From a phage: 64,000 bases of DNA. The stretch is taken from the sequence record PX423614.1; one strand, given 5' to 3'. Position numbers and translations under genes: made by a program. Numbering within the stretch: position 1 is the first letter of the stretch; each line of letters starts with the position of its first letter. Below are positions 35,076-44,801 of this stretch, one piece after another. The notes beneath the pieces are model-generated. The model had not been told where the DNA came from. It searched no databases and was given only the letters and a program-made list of their open reading frames with translations.

Positions 35076-36770
35076 GTGATGGATAACCCTGATAAGTTAC
35101 CTTTCATAACGGAGATGACAGTCGCTGATATAATCTCAAAACAGGCGAAGCATGGAGTCAACTTCAACAGAAGAAACGCTCGGTGGTTTGTTCACCTTCT
35201 CAAAGAGATTATTGTCAATATTGATAAAGAACTGATTCCTCTCCTCCCCAAAATGCGGGTGGATGGTTCAACTTATTCCAAACCTTTTAAGAAGTCCGGT
35301 GCTTTACAGAAGTGGCCTCAACTCTATTGTGATAGGGTTGGTCTTAAAAGAGAAGATATCGGTGGGGCGTTTACTTGCGTTGAGTATGTAGACTTTGACC
35401 CATCAAAAGATGCACGTATCAAAGAAGCCTTGATGGATGAAGGTTTTATACCTCCAGAGTGGAATTATTCTAAGAAACCTTGGAATACTTTTGAAATTCG
35501 TAAAGCTATGAAGAAGTATGGTACATACTCTGCATGGTATTCTGCTTGGATTCGAGGTAACGCTAAAGAGAAACAGACAGCAGAGATGATAGATGCTGAT
35601 ATCCGAAGGTTTTTGGATAAACACTTCCGTTATCATACTGTCAATTATATGAAAGCCTATGTCAGCGGTTTAGGTCTTAACCCTAACAGGAAGAAGCCTG
35701 TAACCTTTGATGAAATCAAAAAAGTTTTGGCTACATCAAACAAGTGGCCTACAGCCCCTACAAACCTTGAGGAGACTCTTGAAGAGGGGCTTGGGGGTGA
35801 GCTAGGGGGTGTAGGAAGTTTGCTTAAGAGACGCGTTGTAGCGGCTCACAGGCTAGGTTTGATTAGCGGGCTTATCGACAAGGAACGTAAAGATGGTAAG
35901 TTGTCCGCCGAAGCTAATAGCTGCGCTACTCCGACATTTCGTTTTAAACATCGCATTGTTGTTAATATTCCTTCTCGCGGTTTGTTTGGTCACGAGTGCC
36001 GCAGTCTTTTTCAATCTGACTATTCCTCAGACGATAGTCATAACCATCCTTTCATCATTACCAACCATATCCCTGATGGGTGTTACGTACGAAAGGGTAC
36101 TAACATTATCTATGAAATGGGAAAACCGGGCAAGAAAGACAAACCAATAGGTGCTTATAAATTTTATGTACCTGCTGGTCGTGAAGTCTTCTTAGGTTAT
36201 GATGGCTCTGGTCTTGAGCTGAGGATGCTCGCTCACTACCTTATCAAAGAGTGTCGTGAGATGCTCGCTGAAGCAGAGCGGGAAAACAACCCAGCTAAGA
36301 AACGGGAAGCTGAACGCGGTCTAGCTTCTGCTGTTATGTACAGAGATATTCTTTTAGAAGGAGATATTCACTCACATAACCAAAAACTTGCTGGCCTTCC
36401 TACTCGTGATAATGCTAAAACATTTATCTACGCATTCAACTACGGAGCTGGTGACGCTAAGTTAGGAAGCATCGTAGGTGGTGGCTCTGACGAAGGGGCT
36501 ATCATGAGAGCAAGATTCTTAGCAGAGAATCCTTGTATTGCAATCCTTATTGAACGTATGACAGAGAAAGCACAAAGTGGATATATCTACGGTGTGGATG
36601 GACGTCGTATTACAATGAGAAGAGATGCAACTGGAAAGGTTATGGTCCATAAAGCCTTAAATACGCTCCTACAGAGCGCTGGGGCGATTGTTATGAAGTA
36701 TGCAATGCTATTCCTCAATAAATGGATTGAGCGTGATGGTGTTCGTTGTGCGAAGGTTATCGACATGCAT
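35076..36770 (+). CDS. DNA polymerase family A polymerase domain, exon 1 (thumb, palm, fingers through motif-C His)
   Basis: aligns with T7 DNA polymerase and Klenow: motif A DGSGLELR, motif B RDNAKTFIYAFNYGAG, KALNTLLQSAGA; exon ends at the motif-C His codon CAT at 36768-36770. Confidence 0.8.
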
Positions 36771-37378
36771 AAACTTTCATTGTGCATGTAAAAGTTGGTG
36801 AACTCGGTGAAACCCTACCATTAAGTTGGGGGCAATACCGAGCTAAGCTATTAGGAGATGATATGGCTAAGAAAACTCTTGTTTTGGAAACAACCGAAAC
36901 AGGGTGTATCATCCCTATCTCACACAAACTTAACAAAGATGGTTATTTCAGAAAAGTAATAGATGGCAAATGGGTCATGTATCATAGATATGTTTGGGAA
37001 GAATCTTTTGGTTCTATTCCTGATGGTTATGAAATAAATCACAAATGCAAGAATAGGGCTTGTTCCAATCTTGAGCACTTAGAAATGATTGAAGGTTCAG
37101 AACATGCAATAGAATCAAACACTGGAAGAAATGGAGATAGACAAGAAGCTGCAAGGCTTTATTGGCTAGAAACAGAATGCTCTGGTGTACATCTTGCAGA
37201 GAAGTTTGGTGTGAGCTTCGGAATCGGTTGTAGATGGATTCGGAAGTGGAAAGTGTAGAGACTATCCTAAGGGAGTAGGGGGTTAACAGGGAAACCCTCG
37301 AAGCGCCAACAACAGCAAATTAGCTATGCTGTTATGATATAGTCCGATACCCGAAGTAATTTGGGAATAACATAAATG
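36771..37378 (+). mobile_element. group I intron interrupting the polymerase gene at motif C
   Basis: 5' exon ends in U that can pair with intron GUGCAU to form P1 with a U-G wobble; intron ends in G; R-like AGACTA and S-like GATATAGTCC core elements; exon 2 resumes with DEGQFTVHRDDV matching Klenow DELVFEVHKDDV. Confidence 0.65.
36864..37258 (+). CDS. intron-encoded HNH homing endonuclease
   Basis: GYEINHKCKNRACSNLEHLE HNH motif; TAGGAG RBS; located inside the intron. Confidence 0.65.
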
Positions 37379-37531
37379 GATGAAGGCCAGTTCACTGTAC
37401 ATCGTGATGATGTTAATATTCTGCGCACTCTCACTGAAGAGTGTGTCCGTAAAGCAGGGGAATACCTCAAGATGGAATGTCCTCTTGCATCAGATTGTAA
37501 GATTGGGCTTAACTGGAATCATACTCACTAA
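37379..37531 (+). CDS. DNA polymerase family A, exon 2 (C-terminal 50 aa)
   Basis: DEGQFTVHRDDVNIL...GLNWNHTH aligns with the polymerase C-terminus (T7 ...GPNWAICH). Confidence 0.65.
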   Translation, partial: DEGQFTVHRDDVNILRTLTEECVRKAGEYLKMECPLASDCKIGLNWNHTH

Positions 37532-37842
37532 TGATTGATATCAAAACTGAAGTTAAATATAATCCCAAGCTCAATTTTGATGCTTGGGCAAAACTGATTC
37601 TTGATATACCTCTCCAAGATGTGGGTTACACACAAGTAACCTGCACAGCAGAAATTCCTACTCATGGGTTACGTCCGTGGAAAGGCGTATCAGTTGTAGA
37701 TGTGATAAAAGAGATGGTTAAAAGATGTGCCACTCAGTACGGAGGTGCATTAGAAGGTCGTCATTTCTACTACACCCGTAAGCAGGAGTCAACACAATAC
37801 GAAACTTTCATTGAAGTTAACCTCTTTGTGGTGGAGAAGTAG
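37531..37842 (+). CDS. hypothetical protein
   Basis: ORF track; start overlaps polymerase stop. Confidence 0.45.
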   Translation: MIDIKTEVKYNPKLNFDAWAKLILDIPLQDVGYTQVTCTAEIPTHGLRPWKGVSVVDVIKEMVKRCATQYGGALEGRHFYYTRKQESTQYETFIEVNLFVVEK

Positions 37843-37882
37843 TGACTAGTTCAGTGGAAGAGTTGAATGGTATTACGAAATG

Positions 37883-37909
37883 AACTAGTCTTATTGATTA
37901 GTTCTTTTT
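37883..37909 (+). terminator. rho-independent terminator
   Basis: GAACTA...TAGTTC followed by TTTTT. Confidence 0.5.
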
Positions 37910-38224
37910 AAGGAGACAAGGAAGTGGAAGAAGTAAAAAGTTCTGAATGGTGCTTGAAGCAACAAAAGCTCGCACAGGATGAAGGTCGTTTTGAAGACGC
38001 TAAAGCTTATGGTGAATTATTTCAAACATGGGTAGAACGAGAGGAGAAAGCTAAATGATGGACCTGATTCGTAAACCCGCCCCAAAGTGGAACATCTATT
38101 ACCAAGATTCCACTGGTAAATTTCATAACCAACTGGTTTATACTGATGAAGAGCGCGATGAAGTCGTTGCTCAGATTGAAGCAGATGGTGGTACAGTTCT
38201 CAAAATCTACGAAAGGAATTAATA

Positions 38225-38467
38225 GTGACTCTAACCTCTAAAGAATTAAAAGAAACTCTGGAAACAACCGAAGGTAAACAACATCTCCTTGCACAGATTC
38301 ACTCTATGGGTAAGGATACCTTACGTCAAGCTTTGTATGAACTGACTACTGCTGTTATCCAGATTGAAGCTAACGCTGAAGAAAGTTTGATTAAGTTAGA
38401 AGCTGCTAATGCAGAAATCAATGGATTGAAGGTTCGTATTATCGAGCTGGAAACACAAAATAAATAA
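38225..38467 (+). CDS. coiled-coil protein
   Basis: ORF track; heptad-like sequence. Confidence 0.45.
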   Translation: MTLTSKELKETLETTEGKQHLLAQIHSMGKDTLRQALYELTTAVIQIEANAEESLIKLEAANAEINGLKVRIIELETQNK

Positions 38468-38490
38468 GCTACCTTCGGGTGGCTTTTCTT
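38468..38490 (+). terminator. terminator with ttcg tetraloop
   Basis: GCTACC-ttcg-GGTGGC followed by TTTTCTT. Confidence 0.55.
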
Positions 38491-38505
38491 GTCTAAGGAG
38501 CTGGT

Positions 38506-38898
38506 ATGAAGATTGGCTTAGATTATGACGACACTTTTACAGCGGACAAAGAGATGTGGACACATATCATAGGACTTATGAAGTCCCGTGGTCATGATGT
38601 TCGTATCGTGACTTACCGATTCGCTGAACCTAATGGGTATACAAATGAAGAACTACTGGCAGATGCAGCAAGTCTAGATATTCCTGTTATCTTTTGCAAC
38701 GGTGTTCAGAAGGATTCCGTCACTCAGAGCTTGGGTTTCTTTGTGGATGTTTGGATTGATGACTTCCCTGTAGGTATCCCTAAAATGGACCACCTAGATG
38801 GTATGCTGAAGGGCGTAAGGCTTAATGACCTTAGAGCAGCACCTCCGGTAGAAATAGCCTCTCCTGTATACTCTGAAGAGCCTCTGGTGATACGATGA
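38506..38898 (+). CDS. HAD-like phosphatase candidate
   Basis: N-terminal GLDYDDTFT resembles HAD motif I DxDxT; weak. Confidence 0.3.
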   Translation: MKIGLDYDDTFTADKEMWTHIIGLMKSRGHDVRIVTYRFAEPNGYTNEELLADAASLDIPVIFCNGVQKDSVTQSLGFFVDVWIDDFPVGIPKMDHLDGMLKGVRLNDLRAAPPVEIASPVYSEEPLVIR

Positions 38899-39085
38899 AG
38901 AAGTTTCTAATCTGGTCTATTGTAATTGCTCTGTTTCTTTGGGTGATGGATGCTCTTGGAGATTACAGTAAAGAAGATTGCGAGACTCGAATCTCAAAAG
39001 AGTTTAAATCAGAGACCAAGTGGGTTGATGGTCGCTGTTATGTTGAAGGTTGGAGTCGTACTACAACTCGTTAATAAGGATTAAA

Positions 39086-39310
39086 ATGATTTACGTTCAC
39101 ACCTATAAGATTGGAAAGAAAATAGTTGACCGAATTCACTATGATGAAGCGGAAGCTCAGGCTTCTCTAGCGGTTCTTGGTGGCAAGGTTAAGAATTACA
39201 TAGAGGCTGATAAACCGACTAAGGGCGTCCCTATTCTAGAGTATCTCGGGACAAACAACCCAGTAACAGCGATGACTGTTATCAACAGTAAACAAAGGGA
39301 GTTGCTATAA
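39086..39310 (+). CDS. hypothetical protein
   Basis: AAGGA RBS before ATG 39086. Confidence 0.45.
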   Translation: MIYVHTYKIGKKIVDRIHYDEAEAQASLAVLGGKVKNYIEADKPTKGVPILEYLGTNNPVTAMTVINSKQRELL

Positions 39311-39513
39311 TGTCTAATGAATATATTATTAAAAATGATGCGACAGGTTTGTTTCAATTTATCACAGATGCGACAGATTATGGGCAACTTATCAACTTTG
39401 TAGAGCTTGCAAAGCTCAAGGAAGAAATTGATGCTTTATATGCCGATGAGCAATCTCGTCTCTTACAAGAATCCTTGAGTGGAGATTATATCTGCGATGG
39501 TTGCACTATCTAA
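39310..39513 (+). CDS. hypothetical protein
   Basis: ORF track. Confidence 0.45.
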   Translation: MSNEYIIKNDATGLFQFITDATDYGQLINFVELAKLKEEIDALYADEQSRLLQESLSGDYICDGCTI

Positions 39514-39656
39514 ACGGTATAAAGTCTGGCTAGACGAAGGGGCTGAGTATTCTGAGGGTTTTGGCTGGAGAGTTATTTTAGAAACAGACGATAGGGAGGA
39601 GGCTGAAACGAAAGCTGAATCCTTCAACTACTCATATTACGAGGACACATACGAGA

Positions 39657-40277
39657 ATGGCTGAAGTTTATTTTGCAGGTGATGGTCACCTAGGCCATCG
39701 TAACATCTGTAAATTTAGGAAGAAGTTTAGTAGTATTGAAGAACATGATAAAGCTATCTTAGCAGCGTTTGATCATGTTACTAAACGCGATAAAACTTTC
39801 TTTACAGGTGACTGGGTGTTTGAGAAGTATGCACTTGATATTATCGCTGAAGTAAAGGGAGAGAAACATCTTGTCTTAGGGAACCATGACAGATTAGAAC
39901 TTCTCCCTGATATGATGAAAGTCTTTAGACACATCAGTGGTGATTATAAATACAAAGAATTTTGGGTAACTCATATTCCTATTCACTCTGATGAAATGAG
40001 AGGGAAGTATAATATCTATGCTCATACTCATAATTCTACTATTAGAGATTGGAGATACTTTTGTACTTCAATGGAACAAATTGATTACAGAGCTGTGTCT
40101 CTGCAAGAAATTAGAAAAGAATTAGAAAGTAGGAAAGATTGGGTAGCTTCTTTATTACAAAAAGATTATCCAGTTACTGATAAAGTACAAGAGATGTTAA
40201 GCAAACAAGCAGAATCTAACTTACCTTATCAGAGAACAGTAGAACAAACCAGTTTTAAAGGTCTTTTAGAATGGTAG
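39657..40277 (+). CDS. calcineurin-like metallophosphoesterase
   Basis: GDGHLGH and LGNHD motifs match the GDxHG / GNH[DE] phosphoesterase signature. Confidence 0.55.
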   Translation: MAEVYFAGDGHLGHRNICKFRKKFSSIEEHDKAILAAFDHVTKRDKTFFTGDWVFEKYALDIIAEVKGEKHLVLGNHDRLELLPDMMKVFRHISGDYKYKEFWVTHIPIHSDEMRGKYNIYAHTHNSTIRDWRYFCTSMEQIDYRAVSLQEIRKELESRKDWVASLLQKDYPVTDKVQEMLSKQAESNLPYQRTVEQTSFKGLLEW

Positions 40278-40610
40278 AAGTTATTGTTTTAAGTTAAGTT
40301 TTCTTTTGATTTTAATAGAGAATCAAAGTCCTAGGAGTCCTCAACCTAAATCAAGGATTTCCTTAATTCTCTATTTTTATCTCGCAGGTGTCTCCTGCCC
40401 TTCGGTACTTGCAAGGGTTACAATGATTGCCCAATATACAAGCCTGCAATAGCTTTACTAGCTATACCATATATACATTACTACTTGTCATTATCTACTA
40501 CCAAAAAGGTTATAGTATAATAGAACCTTATCTGTATAAGTGTAATGTATATAGTATACAAACCGCTCAAAGAGAGCAACAATCTTAAATCTATATAAGG
40601 AAATATTAAT

Positions 40611-41351
40611 ATGTCTATGATCCCTGAACTGTCTGTATCCCGTAAATCCAACTACGATGTAATCCCTGATGGTGAGTACGAAGCACGTATTGTTCGTGTT
40701 GTAGGTTTGGGTGTTCACAATCGTGACCCTTGGATTGACCCTAAAACCAAAGCAGTTACTCCTAAGAACCCAGCTTTCCGTATGGACTTAGCTTTTGAGC
40801 TGATTGGCGTAGATGCAACAGGGACTGATAATGAAGGCAAACCTCTGGACCCTCGTCCTGCTTGCCAGTTTAAATCTTTTGATGTAAACCCACGAGCTAA
40901 GAACTCTGGTATTCTAAATCTGATTAAAATGATCGACCCAAGTGTTCAAGCACTGAAAGGTGATTTGGGTTGGTTTAAAGATATGCTGTTAGGTCAGCCT
41001 GTTAACATTCTGGTTAACTCTTACACCAATAAAGCTGGTGAGAAGAAAAACTCCATTAAAAGCATCACTCCAATCCCGACTAAATATCGTGACGCGGTAG
41101 GTGCTCCTCGTAGTGAGTTGATCTTCTTCGAACCATATGCTGAGACTGATGCTAACTTAGCTGCTTATCAAGCAATCTTCCCATTCCAACGTAACCTCTT
41201 GACTCAAGCTAATGATGCTAAGAACATTCCTCTGGCTGGTCGTGAAGTTACCAAAGCTTCTGACACTGAACAGAAGGACGCAACTCCGAGTATCCCTACT
41301 ATTAATGAAGAGCCGCAGTCTACCTTTGAAGAGGACGACTCTCCATTCTAA
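40611..41351 (+). CDS. putative single-stranded DNA-binding protein (T7 gp2.5-like architecture)
   Basis: acidic C-terminal tail ending in Phe (EEDDSPF); strong RBS, upstream TAATGTATA motifs and strong terminator downstream; assignment by architecture only. Confidence 0.35.
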   Translation: MSMIPELSVSRKSNYDVIPDGEYEARIVRVVGLGVHNRDPWIDPKTKAVTPKNPAFRMDLAFELIGVDATGTDNEGKPLDPRPACQFKSFDVNPRAKNSGILNLIKMIDPSVQALKGDLGWFKDMLLGQPVNILVNSYTNKAGEKKNSIKSITPIPTKYRDAVGAPRSELIFFEPYAETDANLAAYQAIFPFQRNLLTQANDAKNIPLAGREVTKASDTEQKDATPSIPTINEEPQSTFEEDDSPF

Positions 41352-41373
41352 GAATCTCTCCTTGTAATAGCTT

Positions 41374-41397
41374 AGCCACCTTCGGGTGGCTTTTTTC
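41374..41397 (+). terminator. rho-independent terminator
   Basis: AGCCACC-ttcg-GGTGGCT followed by TTTTTT. Confidence 0.7.
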
Positions 41398-41409
41398 GTT
41401 GGAGTTAAA

Positions 41410-41757
41410 ATGGAAAACCTTAAACACACTATAGGTTTTATAGTCTTCATAGCTCTTGTTTTCTTTGGAGGTGTTAGGTTCGAGCAACTTCGAAATGACA
41501 GTAAAGCTCTTGACCAAGAGAAGAAACAACAAGAGATAGAGATTGAGAGAGCTAAGGCTGCTGATGAAGTGGCTCAGAGAGTTCTGACTGGTTTATCAAA
41601 CTGGAAGAAGAACACGGAAACTATTTACAAAGAGATGCATTATGAAAAAACTAAGCCAGTTTTTTACAATGTGTGTGCTAGCGATGAGTATGTCAGCTTG
41701 TTCAACGAGCGACAACAGCAGGCAGTTAGTGCCCTTACCAACAAACCTAAAAACTGA
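41410..41757 (+). CDS. i-spanin-like protein (N-terminal TM helix, periplasmic coiled coil)
   Basis: hydrophobic helix IGFIVFIALVFFGGV then charged helical region; an embedded out-of-frame lipoprotein ORF begins inside it. Confidence 0.5.
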   Translation: MENLKHTIGFIVFIALVFFGGVRFEQLRNDSKALDQEKKQQEIEIERAKAADEVAQRVLTGLSNWKKNTETIYKEMHYEKTKPVFYNVCASDEYVSLFNERQQQAVSALTNKPKN

Positions 41758-41902
41758 GTGTGATGTAGACCTCCCTTTACTTCAGAGTGGACAGGGAGTA
41801 GCACTTGCAACAACACTTGAGTGGTATCAGGATAATTATATAACCTGTGCTGCTAATCACAATGGTTTACTTAAAGCTCTCAAAGAGAGAGGGATACAAT
41901 GA
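41642..41902 (+). CDS. o-spanin-like lipoprotein, overlapping i-spanin in another frame
   Basis: signal peptide with lipobox MSACS; overlaps 3' end of previous gene. Confidence 0.5.
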   Translation: MKKLSQFFTMCVLAMSMSACSTSDNSRQLVPLPTNLKTECDVDLPLLQSGQGVALATTLEWYQDNYITCAANHNGLLKALKERGIQ

Positions 41903-42123
41903 TAAGAGCAGAACTTACAATACCAGAAGGCGTTACTCAACTTCATGCAGTATGGGAATACAACAATCAAGTTTGGGGACGAACCTTTAAGTTCTTTGTA
42001 GATGGAGATCAATCCTATTGGGCCTATTATGACTCTGAAGAAGATATGTGGATTAAGGTAAGTGGTATTCAGACAGCCATTCCTTGTCCTGACACAGCAA
42101 TGTATCTATTCTGTGTAGCCTAA
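41899..42123 (+). CDS. hypothetical protein
   Basis: ORF track. Confidence 0.45.
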   Translation: MIRAELTIPEGVTQLHAVWEYNNQVWGRTFKFFVDGDQSYWAYYDSEEDMWIKVSGIQTAIPCPDTAMYLFCVA

Positions 42124-42147
42124 CATAAAGTAAGTTAAGGACGACTT

Positions 42148-42798
42148 ATGAAGAAGAAGACAACACCCACACGCTATCGTATTCATGGCATTCCTATTAA
42201 ATATTATCCAACCTTCGATGAATTTTATCGAGAGAACTGGAAAGTTGTGCATAAGTATTTTATGTATGACATTAAAGATTATCACGAGGCAGAGGATGTT
42301 GCTCAGGAAGTGTTACTGAACGCTTGGCGTTTTGTATTTGCAAAGCAAGAAGAACTTCTGCTCACTGATGAAAAAGATATTGAGCACATGACTTATCGTG
42401 TCAAGAATATCATCTGGTCGATTCGTTCTAATCGTCAGACAGTTGGAGACCGACGTATCTACTCTATTCCAGAAGCTGATATGTTTAGACCTCCTGAGAT
42501 GAATTCATGGGAAAGTCCTTTAGAGATTGCGATGGATAAGCATGATTCTACTGGAGACCCGTTCTTGGAATCTAGAATCTTTTTCTTCTTCCAAGACCTG
42601 AGTGACATTATGGAAAACCGTAAGATGGCAAGCATGTTCTCAATGCTCTTTCTCGGCATCCCACATGATCACATCCAGCAAGAGTTGGGAATTTCACACG
42701 GAACCTTCTATCGTCGTTATTCAGAGAATCGTGATCTGTATGAAGCGGTAGTAGAGAAGCACTTTGATAAAGAAGATCTTCAAGGGATGATTCAATAA
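42148..42798 (+). CDS. phage-encoded ECF-like sigma factor
   Basis: region-2-like [15 protein letters not shown] and C-terminal region-4-like helix-turn-helix [20 protein letters not shown]. Confidence 0.55.
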   Translation: MKKKTTPTRYRIHGIPIKYYPTFDEFYRENWKVVHKYFMYDIKDYHEAEDVAQEVLLNAWRFVFAKQEELLLTDEKDIEHMTYRVKNIIWSIRSNRQTVGDRRIYSIPEADMFRPPEMNSWESPLEIAMDKHDSTGDPFLESRIFFFFQDLSDIMENRKMASMFSMLFLGIPHDHIQQELGISHGTFYRRYSENRDLYEAVVEKHFDKEDLQGMIQ

Positions 42799-43394
42799 TG
42801 AGTAAACCATTAGTAGTAATTCTGAATGGACCACCGGGTTGTGGTAAAGATACAATCGCTAATTCTTGGTTAGAGAAAACACTTGGTAACACCGAGTTTA
42901 GGCCGCATGTAAAGGCTTTTAAGGAGCCTATGTATCGAGTGGCTGCTGCTGCATTAGGTCTACCTCTTTATGAGTTCATGGAGCTGTACAACGACCGTGA
43001 GTGGAAAGAACATAGCCGTCCTGAATGGGACGGTAAGTCAGTTCGAGACTTGATGATTGCAACTAGTGAGAACTATCTGAAGCCCATGTTTGGTGAGACC
43101 TGCATGGGTAAACTTGCTGTTAGCAGTATTCAACAACGCACCCCAACACAGAATGATGTTATTGTATTCTCTGACGGTGGGTTTAAAGCAGAAGTTGAAG
43201 AACTGGAAAAACATTTCCATGTTCGAGTAGTTCAGATTCTCCGAGATGGATGCTCCTTTGAAGGGGACTCCCGTTCTTATATCGAAGGAATAAACCTACC
43301 AACCTACCTCCTCTTTAATGACCGTTCTGTAGAAGAGGCAGTGGAGGATTTGGAGTGGATTATTGAGGGGACACGGAGAGGTCTCTATGTCTGA
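42798..43394 (+). CDS. P-loop nucleotide kinase (dNMP kinase-like)
   Basis: Walker A LNGPPGCGKDT at N-terminus; size and pattern like phage dNMP kinases. Confidence 0.45.
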   Translation: MSKPLVVILNGPPGCGKDTIANSWLEKTLGNTEFRPHVKAFKEPMYRVAAAALGLPLYEFMELYNDREWKEHSRPEWDGKSVRDLMIATSENYLKPMFGETCMGKLAVSSIQQRTPTQNDVIVFSDGGFKAEVEELEKHFHVRVVQILRDGCSFEGDSRSYIEGINLPTYLLFNDRSVEEAVEDLEWIIEGTRRGLYV

Positions 43395-44208
43395 TGTAGT
43401 CTATCCTGAAGTAGCAATTGTGGATGCAGATGTTCTACGGTATGAAGTTGGTGCTCTTACACAAGAGCATCCATTCCTAGATACAGGTCGTGTTCCGGTT
43501 GATTATGGATTCTTAATTGAACGTCTCCAACACAAAATTGATGTAATCATTGCAAGGTCAGGTTGTGAGAAAATAATCTTTTACTTCAGTGAAGGTGGTA
43601 ATTTTCGGTTTGATATTGCTAAGCAGCAAGGTTATAAAGCTAATCGACCACCGGGAGAAAGACCTCACCACTGGCAAAATGTTAGTGACTACATTAAAGA
43701 GAATTACGAATACGTAGAAGTTTTTGGGAGAGAGGCAGATGATGCCTTAGCTGAAAGACAGAGACGTGATAAGAACACTATCATTTGCACCCGTGATAAA
43801 GACTTGTTAATCACTCCCGGATGGCATTACCGTTGGGCTTGCGGGGAGAGACAGAAAGAGGTACCTCCTCATTATGTATCAGAGGAAGTAGCATGGCAGA
43901 ACTTCTTCTACCAGATGCTGATCGGGGATAGCACAGATAATATTCCCGGATGTGGTGAGAAGGTTGAAATGATGTGGGGTGGCAATCTAGTAATGCGTCG
44001 TAAAGGCATTGGTAGTAAGGCTGCAATCAAACTTATTGAGAAGGTATTCGATAAGTGGACTCTTTATCATATTATACGAATGGAATACTATAAAAGGTTC
44101 GAGGAAGAAGCAGAAGATAAGATGTTAGAAAACGCTCGATTGCTCTTCGTTGGACAAGCTGAAGGTGACCTCTTTGATTGGTCATGGTTAGATAAAACTT
44201 GGGAATAA
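43387..44208 (+). CDS. 5'-3' exonuclease (FEN family, T7 gp6-like)
   Basis: GYKANR, EADD, TRDKDL and GDSTDNIPG motifs align with T7 gene 6 exonuclease; track ORF begins at 43363. Confidence 0.65.
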   Translation: MSDVVYPEVAIVDADVLRYEVGALTQEHPFLDTGRVPVDYGFLIERLQHKIDVIIARSGCEKIIFYFSEGGNFRFDIAKQQGYKANRPPGERPHHWQNVSDYIKENYEYVEVFGREADDALAERQRRDKNTIICTRDKDLLITPGWHYRWACGERQKEVPPHYVSEEVAWQNFFYQMLIGDSTDNIPGCGEKVEMMWGGNLVMRRKGIGSKAAIKLIEKVFDKWTLYHIIRMEYYKRFEEEAEDKMLENARLLFVGQAEGDLFDWSWLDKTWE

Positions 44209-44218
44209 GGATATTATA

Positions 44219-44410
44219 ATGGGTAAATTTGACTATCGTTCGTATGATGAAAACTCCTCTACTCGTGAATCTCGTAAAGATCAAAAGATTAAGCACCAAG
44301 CATTTGATCGTCGCACAGGTCGTATCCCTCGTGCTGATAAAGAATCACACCGAGTCAATAAACGCATTTGGGAAGACGCTGATATGGATGTAGGTTATGG
44401 CGAAAGCTGA
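44219..44410 (+). CDS. hypothetical basic protein
   Basis: ORF track. Confidence 0.4.
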   Translation: MGKFDYRSYDENSSTRESRKDQKIKHQAFDRRTGRIPRADKESHRVNKRIWEDADMDVGYGES

Positions 44411-44801
44411 GAAGACAAGATGCTCTGGTCAGTGGACTGAAGCACGTTATAACTCCTTCATTAAGTCAGGGATTCGTTCTCTGACTAGGAAATGGAAACC
44501 TATGTTTGATTCTCTCAAAGAAGCTCAGACAGAACGTAAAATCAACCCTAAAACTGGCAAACTGGCAATGCACTATAAGTGTGCTATGTGTGGTAATGAT
44601 TCTCCTCTTAAAGACGTAGCAGTAGACCATATAGAGCCTATTGTTCCAGTGGACCATGAAGCTACTTGGGATGAAATCATCGAGAGGGCTTTAGTTGAGA
44701 AAGATGGTTTTCAAGTCTTATGCAAAGAGCCTTGCCATAAGATAAAAACTAAGGAAGAGAATGATGCAAGACGCGAATTTAAAAAATCTAGAGACTCCTG
44801 A
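44397..44801 (+). CDS. HNH endonuclease
   Basis: CAMCG...VDHIEP...CKEPCH HNH/zinc motif. Confidence 0.55.
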   Translation: MAKAEKTRCSGQWTEARYNSFIKSGIRSLTRKWKPMFDSLKEAQTERKINPKTGKLAMHYKCAMCGNDSPLKDVAVDHIEPIVPVDHEATWDEIIERALVEKDGFQVLCKEPCHKIKTKEENDARREFKKSRDS

